A stretch of 63,442 bases of DNA from Coriobacteriaceae bacterium (GCA_963617165.1 CAVEOF010000006.1:1-63442); one strand, 5' to 3'. Positions 43,626-53,864 are shown, counted from the first letter of the stretch. Translations and numbers: made by a program. The notes: generated by a model from the sequence alone, not told the origin.

Positions 43626-44714
43626 ATGAACATTCTCGCTTTTGAAAGCTCCTGCGACGAAACCTCTGCCTCGGTCGTCGCGCGGGAGGCGGACGGAACC
43701 TTCCGCGTCCTCTCGAACATCATCGCCTCGCAGGTCGAGACGCACCGTCTCTACGGCGGTGTCGTCCCCGAGATCGCGAGCCGCGCGCACATCGAGGCGA
43801 TCTCCGAAATTACATACGAAGCGCTGAAGGTGGCGGGCGTGCCCCTCTCCGAGATCGGGCTTGTCGCCGTGACGGCGAATCCCGGGCTGATCGGCGCGCT
43901 CCTCGTGGGCGTCAACTTTGCCAAAGGGCTTGCCGCGGCGAACGGCATCCCGCTCGTCGCCGTCGACCACATCAAGGGGCATATTGCCGCCGCCTACCTT
44001 CCCCGCGAGGGGGAGGGGGTGCCGACGCCCCCCTTCCTCGCTCTCGCGGTATCGGGCGGACACACGGCGATCTACCGTGTCGACTCCTACACCGACTACC
44101 GTCTCATCGGGACGACGCGGGACGACGCCATCGGCGAGTCCTTCGACAAGGTGGGACGCCTGATCGGCATTCCCTATCCTGCGGGTCGAGGATTCGACGA
44201 ACTTGCCGCCCGCGGATTCGAGGAGGCGGTCGGTGCGGGGGGTAAAGTCTTCTCCCGCTATCGGAAAAGTGCCGCCTACCATGATCCCGCGCTTACGCTT
44301 CCCTCCCCCGCGCTCGCGGACGGGACGCTCGATTTCTCCTTCTCGGGGTTAAAAACGGCGGCGATCAATCTGCTTCACCGCTTTGAACAAAGCGGTGAGG
44401 AAGTGCCCCGCGCGGCATTTGCCGCCCGCTACACCTACGAGGCGGTAGAGGCGGTCGCCAAAAAGATCGGCGCGGCGCTCGACCGTGAGAAGGTCACCTC
44501 TCTTGTCGTGGCGGGAGGCGTCGCGGCAAACTCGCACCTGCGCGCAAGGCTCGCCGAGGTGGCGGGCGTGCGGAGGATCCCCCTCTTCCTTCCCCCTCTC
44601 GCCCTCTGCGGTGACAATGCCGCGATGATCGCGGCGCAGGGATATTACGAATACGAGGCGGGACATCTTGCCGACGCATCCCTGAATGCGAGTGCGGCGG
44701 ATTCGGTAAATTGA
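43626..44714 (+). CDS. tsaD: tRNA N6-adenosine threonylcarbamoyltransferase
   Basis: MNILAFESSCDETSASVV and VSGGH motifs. Start trimmed to 43626. Confidence 0.95.
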   Translation: MNILAFESSCDETSASVVAREADGTFRVLSNIIASQVETHRLYGGVVPEIASRAHIEAISEITYEALKVAGVPLSEIGLVAVTANPGLIGALLVGVNFAKGLAAANGIPLVAVDHIKGHIAAAYLPREGEGVPTPPFLALAVSGGHTAIYRVDSYTDYRLIGTTRDDAIGESFDKVGRLIGIPYPAGRGFDELAARGFEEAVGAGGKVFSRYRKSAAYHDPALTLPSPALADGTLDFSFSGLKTAAINLLHRFEQSGEEVPRAAFAARYTYEAVEAVAKKIGAALDREKVTSLVVAGGVAANSHLRARLAEVAGVRRIPLFLPPLALCGDNAAMIAAQGYYEYEAGHLADASLNASAADSVN

Positions 44715-44751
44715 CAACTTTTGTATCCATATTACAGGAATAAGGAAGGCT

Positions 44752-45483
44752 ATGGAACGCATAGACAAACTGAAAGGCACATTTGAACAGCGGGAAGAGC
44801 TCGCGGGGAAGCCCGTCGTTTCTCCCGCCGTGATCAAACGGCTTCCGCGCTATCACCGATACCTCGGCGAGCTTATCCGTCAGGGGCGTATGCGCATCTC
44901 CTCGGCGGAGCTGTCCAAGATCATGGACGTGACCGCCTCGCAGATCCGACAGGACCTCAACTGCTTCGGCGGCTTCGGTCAGCAGGGGTACGGATATAAC
45001 GCGAAGTATCTTTACAGCAAGATCAGCGAGCTTCTCGGCACGACGGAGGGCTATACCGCCGTCATCGTCGGCGCGGGAAACCTCGGTCGGGCGCTCGCCG
45101 CGACGCACATGTTCGAGCGGCGGGGAGTAACGCGCACCGCGATGTTCGACATCCGCCCCGAGCTTGTCGGCACCGAGATCTGCGGGATCCCCGTGTATCA
45201 CACCGACGACCTCTTCGAATATTGCAAAAACAACGGCACCGACATCGGCGTGCTGACCGTGCCGAAGGAGGCGGCGCACGACGTGGCGCGCACGCTTTCC
45301 GACGCGGGGGTGCGCGGGATCTGGAATTTCGCGAATATGGAGCTTCCCTCCTCCTTCGGGAGCGGGACGGTGGTGGAAAATATCCACCTCGGCGACTCGC
45401 TCATGACCCTCTGCTACGCCGTCAAGACCCAAAACGAAGAAAAAGAAAAAGATAAGGAGAGGGAGGCGTCGGATGAAGCTTGA
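44752..45483 (+). CDS. rex: Rex redox-sensing transcriptional repressor (canonical paralog)
   Basis: RLPRYHRYL, RQDLNCFGGFGQQGYGYN and the Rossmann IVGAGNLG. rimI-tsaD-rex synteny matches Bacillus. Confidence 0.9.
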   Translation: MERIDKLKGTFEQREELAGKPVVSPAVIKRLPRYHRYLGELIRQGRMRISSAELSKIMDVTASQIRQDLNCFGGFGQQGYGYNAKYLYSKISELLGTTEGYTAVIVGAGNLGRALAATHMFERRGVTRTAMFDIRPELVGTEICGIPVYHTDDLFEYCKNNGTDIGVLTVPKEAAHDVARTLSDAGVRGIWNFANMELPSSFGSGTVVENIHLGDSLMTLCYAVKTQNEEKEKDKEREASDEA

Positions 45484-46720
45484 TTTTAAGGACGGATGCG
45501 TGCCCGCCGACCTTTCCGAGAGCGGGTCGCTCGCCGAAGCGACGCGCGAGGAGCTGGCGACCCTCTTATACTGCCTTTGCCGTCGGGAGCTCCCCGAGGT
45601 CTCCGAGATCGCCCGCGCCATCGGCGCGAGCGACGCGCGGGTGCGCGCATCCCTTGCCTATTGGGAGGCGACGGAGCTCCCCTCGGGGAATGTCCGTCAT
45701 GAATTTCCCTCTCGACTGCGCGCGGGAGAGCTCCGCGAGGAGAGTGCCGCCGAGGTGGCGCGCACCATCCGCGACGGCGAGCTTGCCTCCCTCATGGAGG
45801 AATGCGCGCGCCTTCTCGGCAAGCCGACGTTGAGCGGCAAGGACGCGCACAACATCACCGCCCTGTATACGCAGTACGGGTTGACCGAAGAGTACATCGT
45901 CACCCTTCTGTCCGACCTCGTGCGTCACAGCATGGAGGGACGGACGACGGTCAATCGCCTTGTCAACACGGCGCTCCGCCTCGCGGACGAGGGCATCGAG
46001 ACCATCGATGCGCTGAACGAACACTTCCGCCTGCGCGACGCGACGGGAGAGTGGGAGCGCTCGGTGCGCCGCATCCTCGGCATTTACGGTCGCGCGCTCT
46101 CCCCGAGCGAGAAGGAACGTTTCGCCCGTTGGACGGAGGTCTACGGCTACGCCGACGACATCATCACGAAAGCCTACGACATCACGGTCGGCAACACGGG
46201 CAAGGCATCGAGCGATTATATGGATAAGATCCTCACCGCGTGGAACGCGGCGGGGCTTCACACGCTCACGGAATGTGAGCGCTATAACGAAGAGCACCGC
46301 GCGGAAGCCTCCGCAAAAGCGAAGGGCAAGACGCAAAAGGGCAAGGAAAAAGAGCGTCTCGGCACCTTCGACCCCGAGGAAGCCTTCCGCCTCGCCCTCG
46401 AGCGAAGCTACGGCGGCGCAAGATCCGATGCGGGGACAACCAAACAAGCGGGTGGTGCCGCCGATACAAAGATATCTGTCGGGTCGAGCGGCGCTACCGA
46501 CGCCAAGGCATCCGTAAGATTGAATAACTCTGCCGACGCGAAAACGACCGCGAGGTCGGGCGATACCGACGTGAAGACGACCGCGAGGTCGGGCGATACC
46601 GACGTGAAGACGACCGCAAGATCGGACGCCGCCGACGCGAAGGACACATGCGACGGGAACGCCGCGAAGAGCGCGGGCGGCACCGCGCCCGCGCGGGACG
46701 ACCGTCAGAAACGAACATAA
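45473..46720 (+). CDS. DnaD-domain replication protein with repetitive C-terminal tail
   Basis: DnaD/DnaB_2-like segment (YMDKILTAWNAAGLHTL) and 33-bp in-frame tandem repeats near the 3' end. Its start overlaps the rex stop by 11 nt. Confidence 0.75.
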   Translation: MKLDFKDGCVPADLSESGSLAEATREELATLLYCLCRRELPEVSEIARAIGASDARVRASLAYWEATELPSGNVRHEFPSRLRAGELREESAAEVARTIRDGELASLMEECARLLGKPTLSGKDAHNITALYTQYGLTEEYIVTLLSDLVRHSMEGRTTVNRLVNTALRLADEGIETIDALNEHFRLRDATGEWERSVRRILGIYGRALSPSEKERFARWTEVYGYADDIITKAYDITVGNTGKASSDYMDKILTAWNAAGLHTLTECERYNEEHRAEASAKAKGKTQKGKEKERLGTFDPEEAFRLALERSYGGARSDAGTTKQAGGAADTKISVGSSGATDAKASVRLNNSADAKTTARSGDTDVKTTARSGDTDVKTTARSDAADAKDTCDGNAAKSAGGTAPARDDRQKRT

Positions 46721-46735
46721 CCGAAAGGAGTCCGC

Positions 46736-47683
46736 ATGTACATCTCCGATAACTACAAAAAAGTCAAAGAGGCTCTGGAGGCAAAGCGCCTCGCCGCCGT
46801 GCGGGAAGCCGACCTGCACAACGAAGAGCTGCGCGAAAAGTTCCCCGAGATCCGAAAGATCGACGCGGAATTGACGCGCACGGGGCTTACGATCTTCCGC
46901 ACCGCGCTCTCGGGCGGGGACATCACGCCCGTGAGAGAGCGGAATCAGGCGCTGTGCGCCAAGCGGCGGGAGCTGCTTCTCTCCTACGGCTACCCGAGCG
47001 ACTACACCGAGGTGCACTACGCCTGCCCCGACTGCCACGACACGGGCTATATCGATACGAAAATGTGCCACTGCCTGCGCGAGGCGCTCATCTGCGAGAA
47101 CCTCCGAAGCTCGGGCATCGGGAATCTCATCGAGACGCAATCCTTCGAAAATTTCGACCTTTCGCACTACCGTGCGAGCGAGGAGGAATACCGCAGGATG
47201 GTGCAAAACTTCGAGGCGGCAAAAGCCTATGCCGAAAACTTCCCGAAGAACCGCGGCAATCTGCTCCTCATCGGTCCGACGGGAACGGGAAAGACGCACC
47301 TTTCGACCGCCATTGCAAAGACCGTCATTTCGCAGGGCTTCGACGTTCTCTACGACTCGATCCAGAACATTCTGTCGGCGTTTGAGCACGACCGCTTCCG
47401 CTCGGGGTACGGGCAGGACGAACAGAGTGCGAAAAAGTATCTCGACGTGACCCTGCTCGTGATCGACGATCTCGGCACGGAATTCACGAACGCCTTCACC
47501 GTCTCGGTGCTGTATAATCTTCTGAACGAGAGAGAGAACCGCGGACTCTCGACCGTGATCTCCACCAATCTCTCGGTCAAGAAGCTGACCGAGATTTACG
47601 AAGATCGCATCTACTCCCGCATGATCGGTTCTCAGTATCAGATCCTGCAATTCGTCGGAAAAGATTACAGATTGTATCGTTAA
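46736..47683 (+). CDS. DnaC/DnaI-like AAA+ helicase loader (IstB-like ATPase)
   Basis: Walker A GPTGTGKTHL, Walker B LLVIDDLG, and an N-terminal CPDCHDTGY zinc motif. Confidence 0.85.
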   Translation: MYISDNYKKVKEALEAKRLAAVREADLHNEELREKFPEIRKIDAELTRTGLTIFRTALSGGDITPVRERNQALCAKRRELLLSYGYPSDYTEVHYACPDCHDTGYIDTKMCHCLREALICENLRSSGIGNLIETQSFENFDLSHYRASEEEYRRMVQNFEAAKAYAENFPKNRGNLLLIGPTGTGKTHLSTAIAKTVISQGFDVLYDSIQNILSAFEHDRFRSGYGQDEQSAKKYLDVTLLVIDDLGTEFTNAFTVSVLYNLLNERENRGLSTVISTNLSVKKLTEIYEDRIYSRMIGSQYQILQFVGKDYRLYR

Positions 47684-47717
47684 GTTTACAATTTTTCGCA
47701 AGAAAGGAAATATAACC

Positions 47718-48329
47718 ATGAAAAAACTCACGATCTCATCCCGCAAGGATTACCCGCTCTTCATCGTTCTCGGTGCGCTCGCCGTGATCGCCGCCGTGCT
47801 CTTTGCCCCCTTTTGGAAGAACACCGACGTTTTCTTCTCGACATGGGGCGTGACGGCGCTGAACCTCATGATCGCCGCCGTCCTTCTCGTCTATCTCTTC
47901 ACCTTCCTCTTCCCGAAGATCCTGCACGGCTCGCGCGGTGCGGTGCTCGTGCTGACGCTTGTCGAATTCCTCGCGATCTTCCTCATTGCGCTCGGCTGCA
48001 TCCTCTCGCAGTTCAAGGTCATCAACATTTCGGGCGCCTGCGCCATTCTCGGGCTCTGCCTCTTCTGCCGCGGCACGGTGGAGATCTTCCGTGCGTACTA
48101 CTATCGCGGCGGGAATTCGAAGCCCTATCCCGTCTGGTGGCTCGGCGTCGCCATTCTGATGGTCGCCTTCGGCACCTACTGCTTCGCGAAGCCCCTCTTC
48201 ACCGACGAGCAGATCCTCTGGATCTTCGTGATCCTTCTGCTCCTCCTCGGAGCGGCGCTCATTACCTACGGCATCCTCTGCCGTCCCGAGCACAAGGGCG
48301 GCAAAAAGTCCAAAAAGAGCAACAAATAA
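47718..48329 (+). CDS. Membrane protein (DUF308-like), hypothetical
   Basis: 203 aa with 6 hydrophobic segments and a Lys-rich tail. Confidence 0.6.
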   Translation: MKKLTISSRKDYPLFIVLGALAVIAAVLFAPFWKNTDVFFSTWGVTALNLMIAAVLLVYLFTFLFPKILHGSRGAVLVLTLVEFLAIFLIALGCILSQFKVINISGACAILGLCLFCRGTVEIFRAYYYRGGNSKPYPVWWLGVAILMVAFGTYCFAKPLFTDEQILWIFVILLLLLGAALITYGILCRPEHKGGKKSKKSNK

Positions 48330-48550
48330 AGTACAAAAGAAATCGACCGTGTGAGGAATATTCATCTCTTCGCGCAAAATGCCGTCACGCAGAACGGCGA
48401 CTTCCAATTATTATGAAATTCACGCAATAATAAAACGCAAAAAACGAACCGTCGCAAAGAAGATGTTCAAAATCCACTTACTACGGTTCGTCTTTGTTTC
48501 TGCATGTTTCCGCATACCGAGACCAATCTTGCAGAGCACCCCGAAAATCG

Positions 48551-49681
48551 TCAGAGTAGGGCAAGAAGGGCGGCGGTATAGTCTGCCGTTGTCGCTCCCC
48601 GACGCGTGCCGTCCGCGTGCACGGGTACCGCATCGAGCGCCCGTTCCAGGCGCTCCGCCGCCGAGTGGCGGGCGATATGATGCAGGAGCATGACTGTCGC
48701 GCGGAGAATGCTCTCGGGACTCGCGAAATCGCCGAGCCCCTCCTCGATCATGCGGGGGGCGGAGCCGTGGATCGCCTCAAACATCGCGTAGCGGTCGCCG
48801 AGGTTCGCGCTCCCTGCCGTGCCGACGCCCCCTTGCAGCTCCGCCGCCTCATCGGTGAGAATGTCGCCGTAGAGATTCGGGAGGAGGAAGACCTCGAAAT
48901 TTTTGCGGACGGCGGGATTCACGAGGTTCGCGCTCATGATGTCCACGTAGTAGTCCTCCGCCGTAATGCCCGGGAATTCCTCCGCCACCTCGTGACAGAT
49001 CGCGGAGAAAGCGCCGTCCGTCTTCTTCATGATATTCGCCTTCGTAACGATGGCGACTCTGCTCTTCCCGTTCTCCTTCGCGTAGGTGAAGGCGGCACGG
49101 GCGATGCGTCGGGTGCCCGCACGGGTCGTGACCTTAAAATCCATCGCGAGCCGATCGCCGATCGTGATCCCGCGACTGCCGAGGACATATTCTCCCTCGG
49201 TATTCTCGCGGAAAAACGTCCATTCGACCCCTTCCGCCGCGAGGCGAACGGGGCGCACGTTCGCATACAGGTCGAGGGCGCGGCGGAGAGCGACGTTCGC
49301 GCTCTCGGTCTTTCCGCCCTTCGGGGTCGTGGTCGGTCCCTTCAAAAGGACGTCGCAGGTCAGGATCTCCTCCATGACCTCGTGCGGCACCGTCTCCCCC
49401 TTGGCAAGGCGGTTCTCAATCGTCAGTCCCTCGATGCGGTGAAGCGTCACGCTCCCCGTCGACAGCTCCTCGGAAAGAAGGCGTCCGAGCACCCGCTCCG
49501 CCGCATCCACGATCCGCGGTCCGATGCCGTCCCCGCCGATGATGCCGATGCGGACGGGGGTGTTCTTTGTATATTCCTTCGGCGAGGCGGCGCTCTCCAT
49601 CCGCTCCGTGCGGGCAAGCTGCTCGCAAAGAAGCGTGCGAAACGCGGCGACCGCTTCCTCCGTTTCCTGTTCGTAACTCAT
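48551..49681 (-). CDS. icd: Isocitrate/isopropylmalate dehydrogenase-family enzyme, probable isocitrate dehydrogenase
   Basis: RIGIIGGDGIGPRIV and NLYGDILTDEAA family motifs. It is the last gene of the citrate synthase-aconitase operon. Confidence 0.8.
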   Translation of the reverse strand: MSYEQETEEAVAAFRTLLCEQLARTERMESAASPKEYTKNTPVRIGIIGGDGIGPRIVDAAERVLGRLLSEELSTGSVTLHRIEGLTIENRLAKGETVPHEVMEEILTCDVLLKGPTTTPKGGKTESANVALRRALDLYANVRPVRLAAEGVEWTFFRENTEGEYVLGSRGITIGDRLAMDFKVTTRAGTRRIARAAFTYAKENGKSRVAIVTKANIMKKTDGAFSAICHEVAEEFPGITAEDYYVDIMSANLVNPAVRKNFEVFLLPNLYGDILTDEAAELQGGVGTAGSANLGDRYAMFEAIHGSAPRMIEEGLGDFASPESILRATVMLLHHIARHSAAERLERALDAVPVHADGTRRGATTADYTAALLALL

Positions 49682-49700
49682 AAATTGTCAACCTTTCTTT

Positions 49701-51635
49701 TCATTTTGTCGAATGTTTTTTGGTATAGGGCAGAAGTCCGCCGAGAAGAAGAATCTCCCTTTGCCTCGGTGTAAAGGTAGCGACGAGGGGGATCTTTTTC
49801 CCGTTTGTCAGATTCTCGAGAAGAATTTCTCCCGATGCGAGTCCGTCAAAGACATCGGAGAGGACGAGCTCGTCCCCTGCCTGAAGCTTATCGTAATCGG
49901 CGGGATCTTTGAAGGTCAGGGGGAGGATCCCTGCGTTGATGAGGTTTGCCGCGTGGATGCGCGCAAAGCTCCGAGCAACGACGGCGCGGATGCCGAGATA
50001 CAGGGGGACGAGCGCGGCGTGCTCTCTCGACGAGCCCTGCCCGTAATTCTGCCCGCCGACGATGATGCCCGCGCCCGCCTTCTCCGCGCGGGCGGGAAAG
50101 TCGGGGTCGATCACGGAAAAACAGAATTTCGAAAGATAGGGGATGTTCGACCGATAGGGCAGGATCTTTGCCCCTGCGGGCATGATGTGGTCGGTGGTGA
50201 TATTGTCCCCGACCTTCAAAACGAGAGACGCTTTTACGGTATTCTCGGTCGGGTGCGCCTTCGGAAAGGGCTTGATGTTCGGGCCGCGGAGAATTTCAAG
50301 CGTCTTTGCCTCTTCGGGGGTGGCGGGCGGGATCACGGCGCTGTCATCGACGGTAAAGCGAGGTGGCAATGCGACCTTCGGCATCTCTCCGAGGGTGCGC
50401 GGGTCGGTGATCCTGCCCGTCAAGGCGGACGCGACCGCGACCTCGGGAGAGACGAGATAGACCTTCGCGTCGCGGGTGCCGCTTCTTCCCTCAAAATTGC
50501 GGTTGAAGGTGCGGAGACTGACGCCGCCCGAATTCGGCGAAAAGCCCATGCCGATGCAGGGACCGCACGCACATTCGAGCAGGCGTGCGCCCGCGGCGAG
50601 AATGTCCGAAAGAGAGCCGTCGTCGGCGAGCATACGAAGCACCTGCTTCGACCCCGGGGAGACCGAAAGGCTGACGCTCTCGGCAACGGTGCGACCGCGA
50701 AGGAGCGCGGCGACCTTCTTCATATCGTATAAAGAGGAATTCGTGCAGGAGCCGATGCACACCTGATCGACCCTGACATCCGAGAGCTCCTTCACCTTCA
50801 CGACACGGTCGGGGCTGTGCGGCAGGGCGATCAGTGGCTCGAGGGTCGAAAGGTCGACGTCGATGATCTTATCGTACACGGCGTCGGCGTCGGGGAAGAC
50901 GGGCACGTAGTCCTCTTCTCTCCCCTGCGCCCGCAGAAAGTCGCGCGTGATCTCATCCGAGGGGAAGACCGAAGTCGTCGCGCCGAGCTCCGTGCCCATG
51001 TTGGTGATCGTGGCGCGCTCGGGCACCGTGAGGGTCGAGACGCCCTCTCCTCCCCACTCGAGGATCGCGCCGACGCCCCCCTTGACCGTGAGGAGCCGCA
51101 GGATCTCGAGGCTGACGTCCTTCGCGGTGACAAAGGGGGAAAGTCTGCCGTGCAGATTGACGCGGTACATCTTCGGCATGGTGATAGAGTAGGCGCCGCC
51201 GCCCATCGCGACCGCGACGTCGAGTCCGCCCGCGCCGAACGCGAGCATTCCGATGCCGCCGCCCGTCGGCGTATGGCTGTCCGAACCGATGAGCGTCTTC
51301 CCCGGAATGCCGAAGCGCTCGAGATGCACCTGATGGCAGATTCCGTTTCCCGGGCGGGAAAAATAGATGCCGTGCTTTTTCGCGACGGAGGCGATATAGC
51401 GATGATCGTCCGCGTTTTCAAAGCCGGATTGTAACGTATTGTGGTCAATATAGGCGACGCTGCGCTCGGTTTTCACGCGGTCGATTCCCATGGTCTCGAA
51501 TTCGAGATATGCCATCGTGCCCGTCGCGTCCTGCGTCAGAGTCTGGTCGATGCGGAGCGCGATCTCGCTCCCCGTGCGCATCTCACCCGAGAGAAGATGC
51601 GCGGCAATGATCTTTTGTGCAATGGTGTAACCCAT
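49701..51635 (-). CDS. Aconitate hydratase
   Basis: 644 aa with IDQTLTQDATG, GSDSHT and CGPCIG Fe-S ligand motifs. Start trimmed to MGYTIAQK (51635). Confidence 0.9.
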   Translation of the reverse strand: MGYTIAQKIIAAHLLSGEMRTGSEIALRIDQTLTQDATGTMAYLEFETMGIDRVKTERSVAYIDHNTLQSGFENADDHRYIASVAKKHGIYFSRPGNGICHQVHLERFGIPGKTLIGSDSHTPTGGGIGMLAFGAGGLDVAVAMGGGAYSITMPKMYRVNLHGRLSPFVTAKDVSLEILRLLTVKGGVGAILEWGGEGVSTLTVPERATITNMGTELGATTSVFPSDEITRDFLRAQGREEDYVPVFPDADAVYDKIIDVDLSTLEPLIALPHSPDRVVKVKELSDVRVDQVCIGSCTNSSLYDMKKVAALLRGRTVAESVSLSVSPGSKQVLRMLADDGSLSDILAAGARLLECACGPCIGMGFSPNSGGVSLRTFNRNFEGRSGTRDAKVYLVSPEVAVASALTGRITDPRTLGEMPKVALPPRFTVDDSAVIPPATPEEAKTLEILRGPNIKPFPKAHPTENTVKASLVLKVGDNITTDHIMPAGAKILPYRSNIPYLSKFCFSVIDPDFPARAEKAGAGIIVGGQNYGQGSSREHAALVPLYLGIRAVVARSFARIHAANLINAGILPLTFKDPADYDKLQAGDELVLSDVFDGLASGEILLENLTNGKKIPLVATFTPRQREILLLGGLLPYTKKHSTK

Positions 51636-51775
51636 AAAATTCTCTCTTTCTCCGCCGAGGGCGGAATCAAATGTTCCCCGCGTTTTTGTCGCAAGTGGGG
51701 CGTGCTTTATGAGGACTCGGAAGACCTCCGCAAGGGATCTTGCAAAGGGCATCGGAACGGTTCTTCGGATGTACG

Positions 51776-52414
51776 CTATCCGCGCTGTAAGATATGATCG
51801 CGCGCGTTCTGCACGTGGGCGGTCATGGCGCGCGCCGCCGCCTCGGCATCTCCCCGCTCGATCGCCTCATAGATCTCGCGGTGCTCCGCGGCAGACTCTG
51901 CGGCGCGGTCTCCGCTCTCGACCGAGAGCTTTCTGTATTTTTGCACCTTTTTGTGCAGGGGGAGGAGCGTATCGGCATAGATCACGCTCCCCGATGCGAG
52001 ATAGACGAGCTCGTGAAAACGGCTGTCCATCGAGCGGATGTGATCGGCATCCGAGCGCCCGACGTAGTACTCCTGAAGCTCGAGCGCCTCGCCGAGTCTG
52101 CCGATCGCGGCGGGATCGGCGTTCTTTGCCGCGAGCGCCGCCGCTTCTCCCTCGATGCGCAGGCGGATGTCGAAGATGTCCTTCACGTCCTCCTCACTCA
52201 CGCCGATGACGAGGATGCCCCGTCCGCCGATCTCGACGATGTGCTCCTGCTCCAATCGGCGGAGCGCCTCGCGGATCGGTGTGCGGCTGACGCCGAGATC
52301 CTCCACGAGCCGATGCTCGGTCAGAAGCTCTCCCCTCTGATACCTGCCGCCGAGCAGATCGGACTCGAGCCGCTCAAACACGCGGTCGGCAAGTGATACG
52401 TTCTTATGTTCCAT
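51776..52414 (-). CDS. GntR-family transcriptional regulator (FadR-like FCD domain)
   Basis: The N-terminal wHTH is LGVSRTPIREALRRLEQE. The C-terminal domain is all-helical. Confidence 0.9.
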   Translation of the reverse strand: MEHKNVSLADRVFERLESDLLGGRYQRGELLTEHRLVEDLGVSRTPIREALRRLEQEHIVEIGGRGILVIGVSEEDVKDIFDIRLRIEGEAAALAAKNADPAAIGRLGEALELQEYYVGRSDADHIRSMDSRFHELVYLASGSVIYADTLLPLHKKVQKYRKLSVESGDRAAESAAEHREIYEAIERGDAEAAARAMTAHVQNARDHILQRG

Positions 52415-52450
52415 CGAAAATTCCCTTTCTTCTGTTTTTCGCCCGGTGTT

Positions 52451-53827
52451 TCACAGTCTCGGAAGGGCACCGCCCGAGAATTCCTCGATCTTCTCCTCGA
52501 TCTCCGCGGTGGAGAGTGCCGTCTGCCGTCCGTCCGCATATTCCGCGTCGATCCATTCCTTGAGCCGCAGGACGACGGGATGCCTTTTATCGAGTGCCGC
52601 GGCGGCGGGGATGGCGTAGTTTTCGTTGATCCAATAGGCGATGCCGGCAAGTCCCGAATTCTTCCCGAGCATGACGGTCGGACGCCTGCCGAGGAGCTTT
52701 TCGGTATCGAAGATGTTGTAGATCTCCTCGTCCTTGAGAAGTCCGTCGGCATGAATCCCCGCGCGGGTCACGTTGAAGTTCTTCCCGACGAAGGGAGTCA
52801 TCGGCGGGATCTTGTATCCGATCTCATGGCGGAAATAGTCGGCAATCTCGGTGATCGCGGTGGTGTCCATCCCGTCGAGCGAGCCGCGCAGGGACGCGTA
52901 CTCGAACACCATCGCCTCAAGCGGGATGTTGCCCGTGCGCTCTCCGATGCCGAGTAAGGAGCAGTTGACGCCCGAGGCGCCGTAGAGCCACGCAGTCGCG
53001 GCGTTTGCCACCGCGCGATAAAAGTCGTTGTGTCCGTGCCATTCGAGCATTTCGCTCGGAACGTCGGAATAGTGCTGGAGTCCGTAGACGATGCCCGCCA
53101 CACTGCGCGGGAGCGCCGCCTCGGTGTAAGGGACGCCGTACCCCATCGTATCGCAGGCGCGGATCCGCACGGGGATGCCCGCGTCCTGCGACATTTTCAT
53201 CAGCTCGTTGACGAAGGGAACGACGAAGCCGTAAAAGTCGGCGCGCGTGATGTCCTCGAGGTGACAGCGGGGCATGACCCCCGCCTCGAACGCCTCCGCC
53301 ACCGCGGCGAGATAATGCTCCATGCATTCCTTGCGCGTCATTTTCATCTTCTTGAAAATGTGGTAGTCGCTGCAAGAGACGAGAATGCCCGTCTCGCGGA
53401 TGCCGAGGTCGCGCACGAGGCGAAAATCCTCCTTCGACGCGCGGATCCACGTGGTGATCTCGGGGAATTTCAGTCCGAGGTCACGGCAGCGGCAGATCGC
53501 CTCCCTGTCCTTTTCGCTGTAAACGAAGAATTCGGTCTGGCGTATGATGCCGTAGGGGCCGCCGAGCTTCGACATCAGGCGGTAGAGGTCGACGATCTGC
53601 TTTACCGTATAGGGCTCCACCGACTGCTGACCGTCGCGGAAGGAGGTATCGGTGATCCAGATGTCCTCGGGCATTCCCATCGGGACGCGCCGATGGTTGA
53701 AGGCGATGCGCGGCACGTCGGTGTAGGGGTAAATGTCGCGGTAAAGATTCGGGTCCTTCACGTCCTGGAGCGAATATTTATAGCTTTTCTGCTCCAACAG
53801 GTTGGTTTTCGAGGATATTTCGAGCAT
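52451..53827 (-). CDS. Homocitrate/isopropylmalate-synthase-family enzyme, probable Re-citrate synthase
   Basis: 458 aa with a DRE-TIM barrel (DTSFRDGQQ) and HxH (EWHGHNDF). Its position next to aconitase and IDH matches the clostridial Re-citrate synthase arrangement. Confidence 0.75.
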   Translation of the reverse strand: MLEISSKTNLLEQKSYKYSLQDVKDPNLYRDIYPYTDVPRIAFNHRRVPMGMPEDIWITDTSFRDGQQSVEPYTVKQIVDLYRLMSKLGGPYGIIRQTEFFVYSEKDREAICRCRDLGLKFPEITTWIRASKEDFRLVRDLGIRETGILVSCSDYHIFKKMKMTRKECMEHYLAAVAEAFEAGVMPRCHLEDITRADFYGFVVPFVNELMKMSQDAGIPVRIRACDTMGYGVPYTEAALPRSVAGIVYGLQHYSDVPSEMLEWHGHNDFYRAVANAATAWLYGASGVNCSLLGIGERTGNIPLEAMVFEYASLRGSLDGMDTTAITEIADYFRHEIGYKIPPMTPFVGKNFNVTRAGIHADGLLKDEEIYNIFDTEKLLGRRPTVMLGKNSGLAGIAYWINENYAIPAAAALDKRHPVVLRLKEWIDAEYADGRQTALSTAEIEEKIEEFSGGALPRL

Positions 53828-53846
53828 GGCGACCTCCTTTTCCTGT

Positions 53847-53864
53847 TTGTATACATGTATACAA
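53847..53864. promoter_or_regulatory. Perfect 18-bp palindrome TTGTATACATGTATACAA, candidate GntR operator
   Basis: It lies between the promoter and the RBS of the citrate-synthase operon. It fits the GntR/FadR-type t.GT...AC.a half-site logic. An imperfect copy, TGTACCATTATACA, overlaps the -10. Confidence 0.55.

Noticed and set aside
45473-47683. Prophage or ICE replication module (DnaD plus IstB-like ATPase)
   Set aside because: The composition is host-like. The genes are embedded in the conserved rimI-tsaD-rex neighbourhood. No integrase, repressor or structural genes flank them.
45566-47746. 726-aa minus-strand ORF antisense to the DnaD-like and DnaC-like genes
   Set aside because: It spans two independent, well-supported plus-strand genes and their intergenic gap. 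Low-complexity Arg/Gly/Val composition marks it as a shadow ORF.
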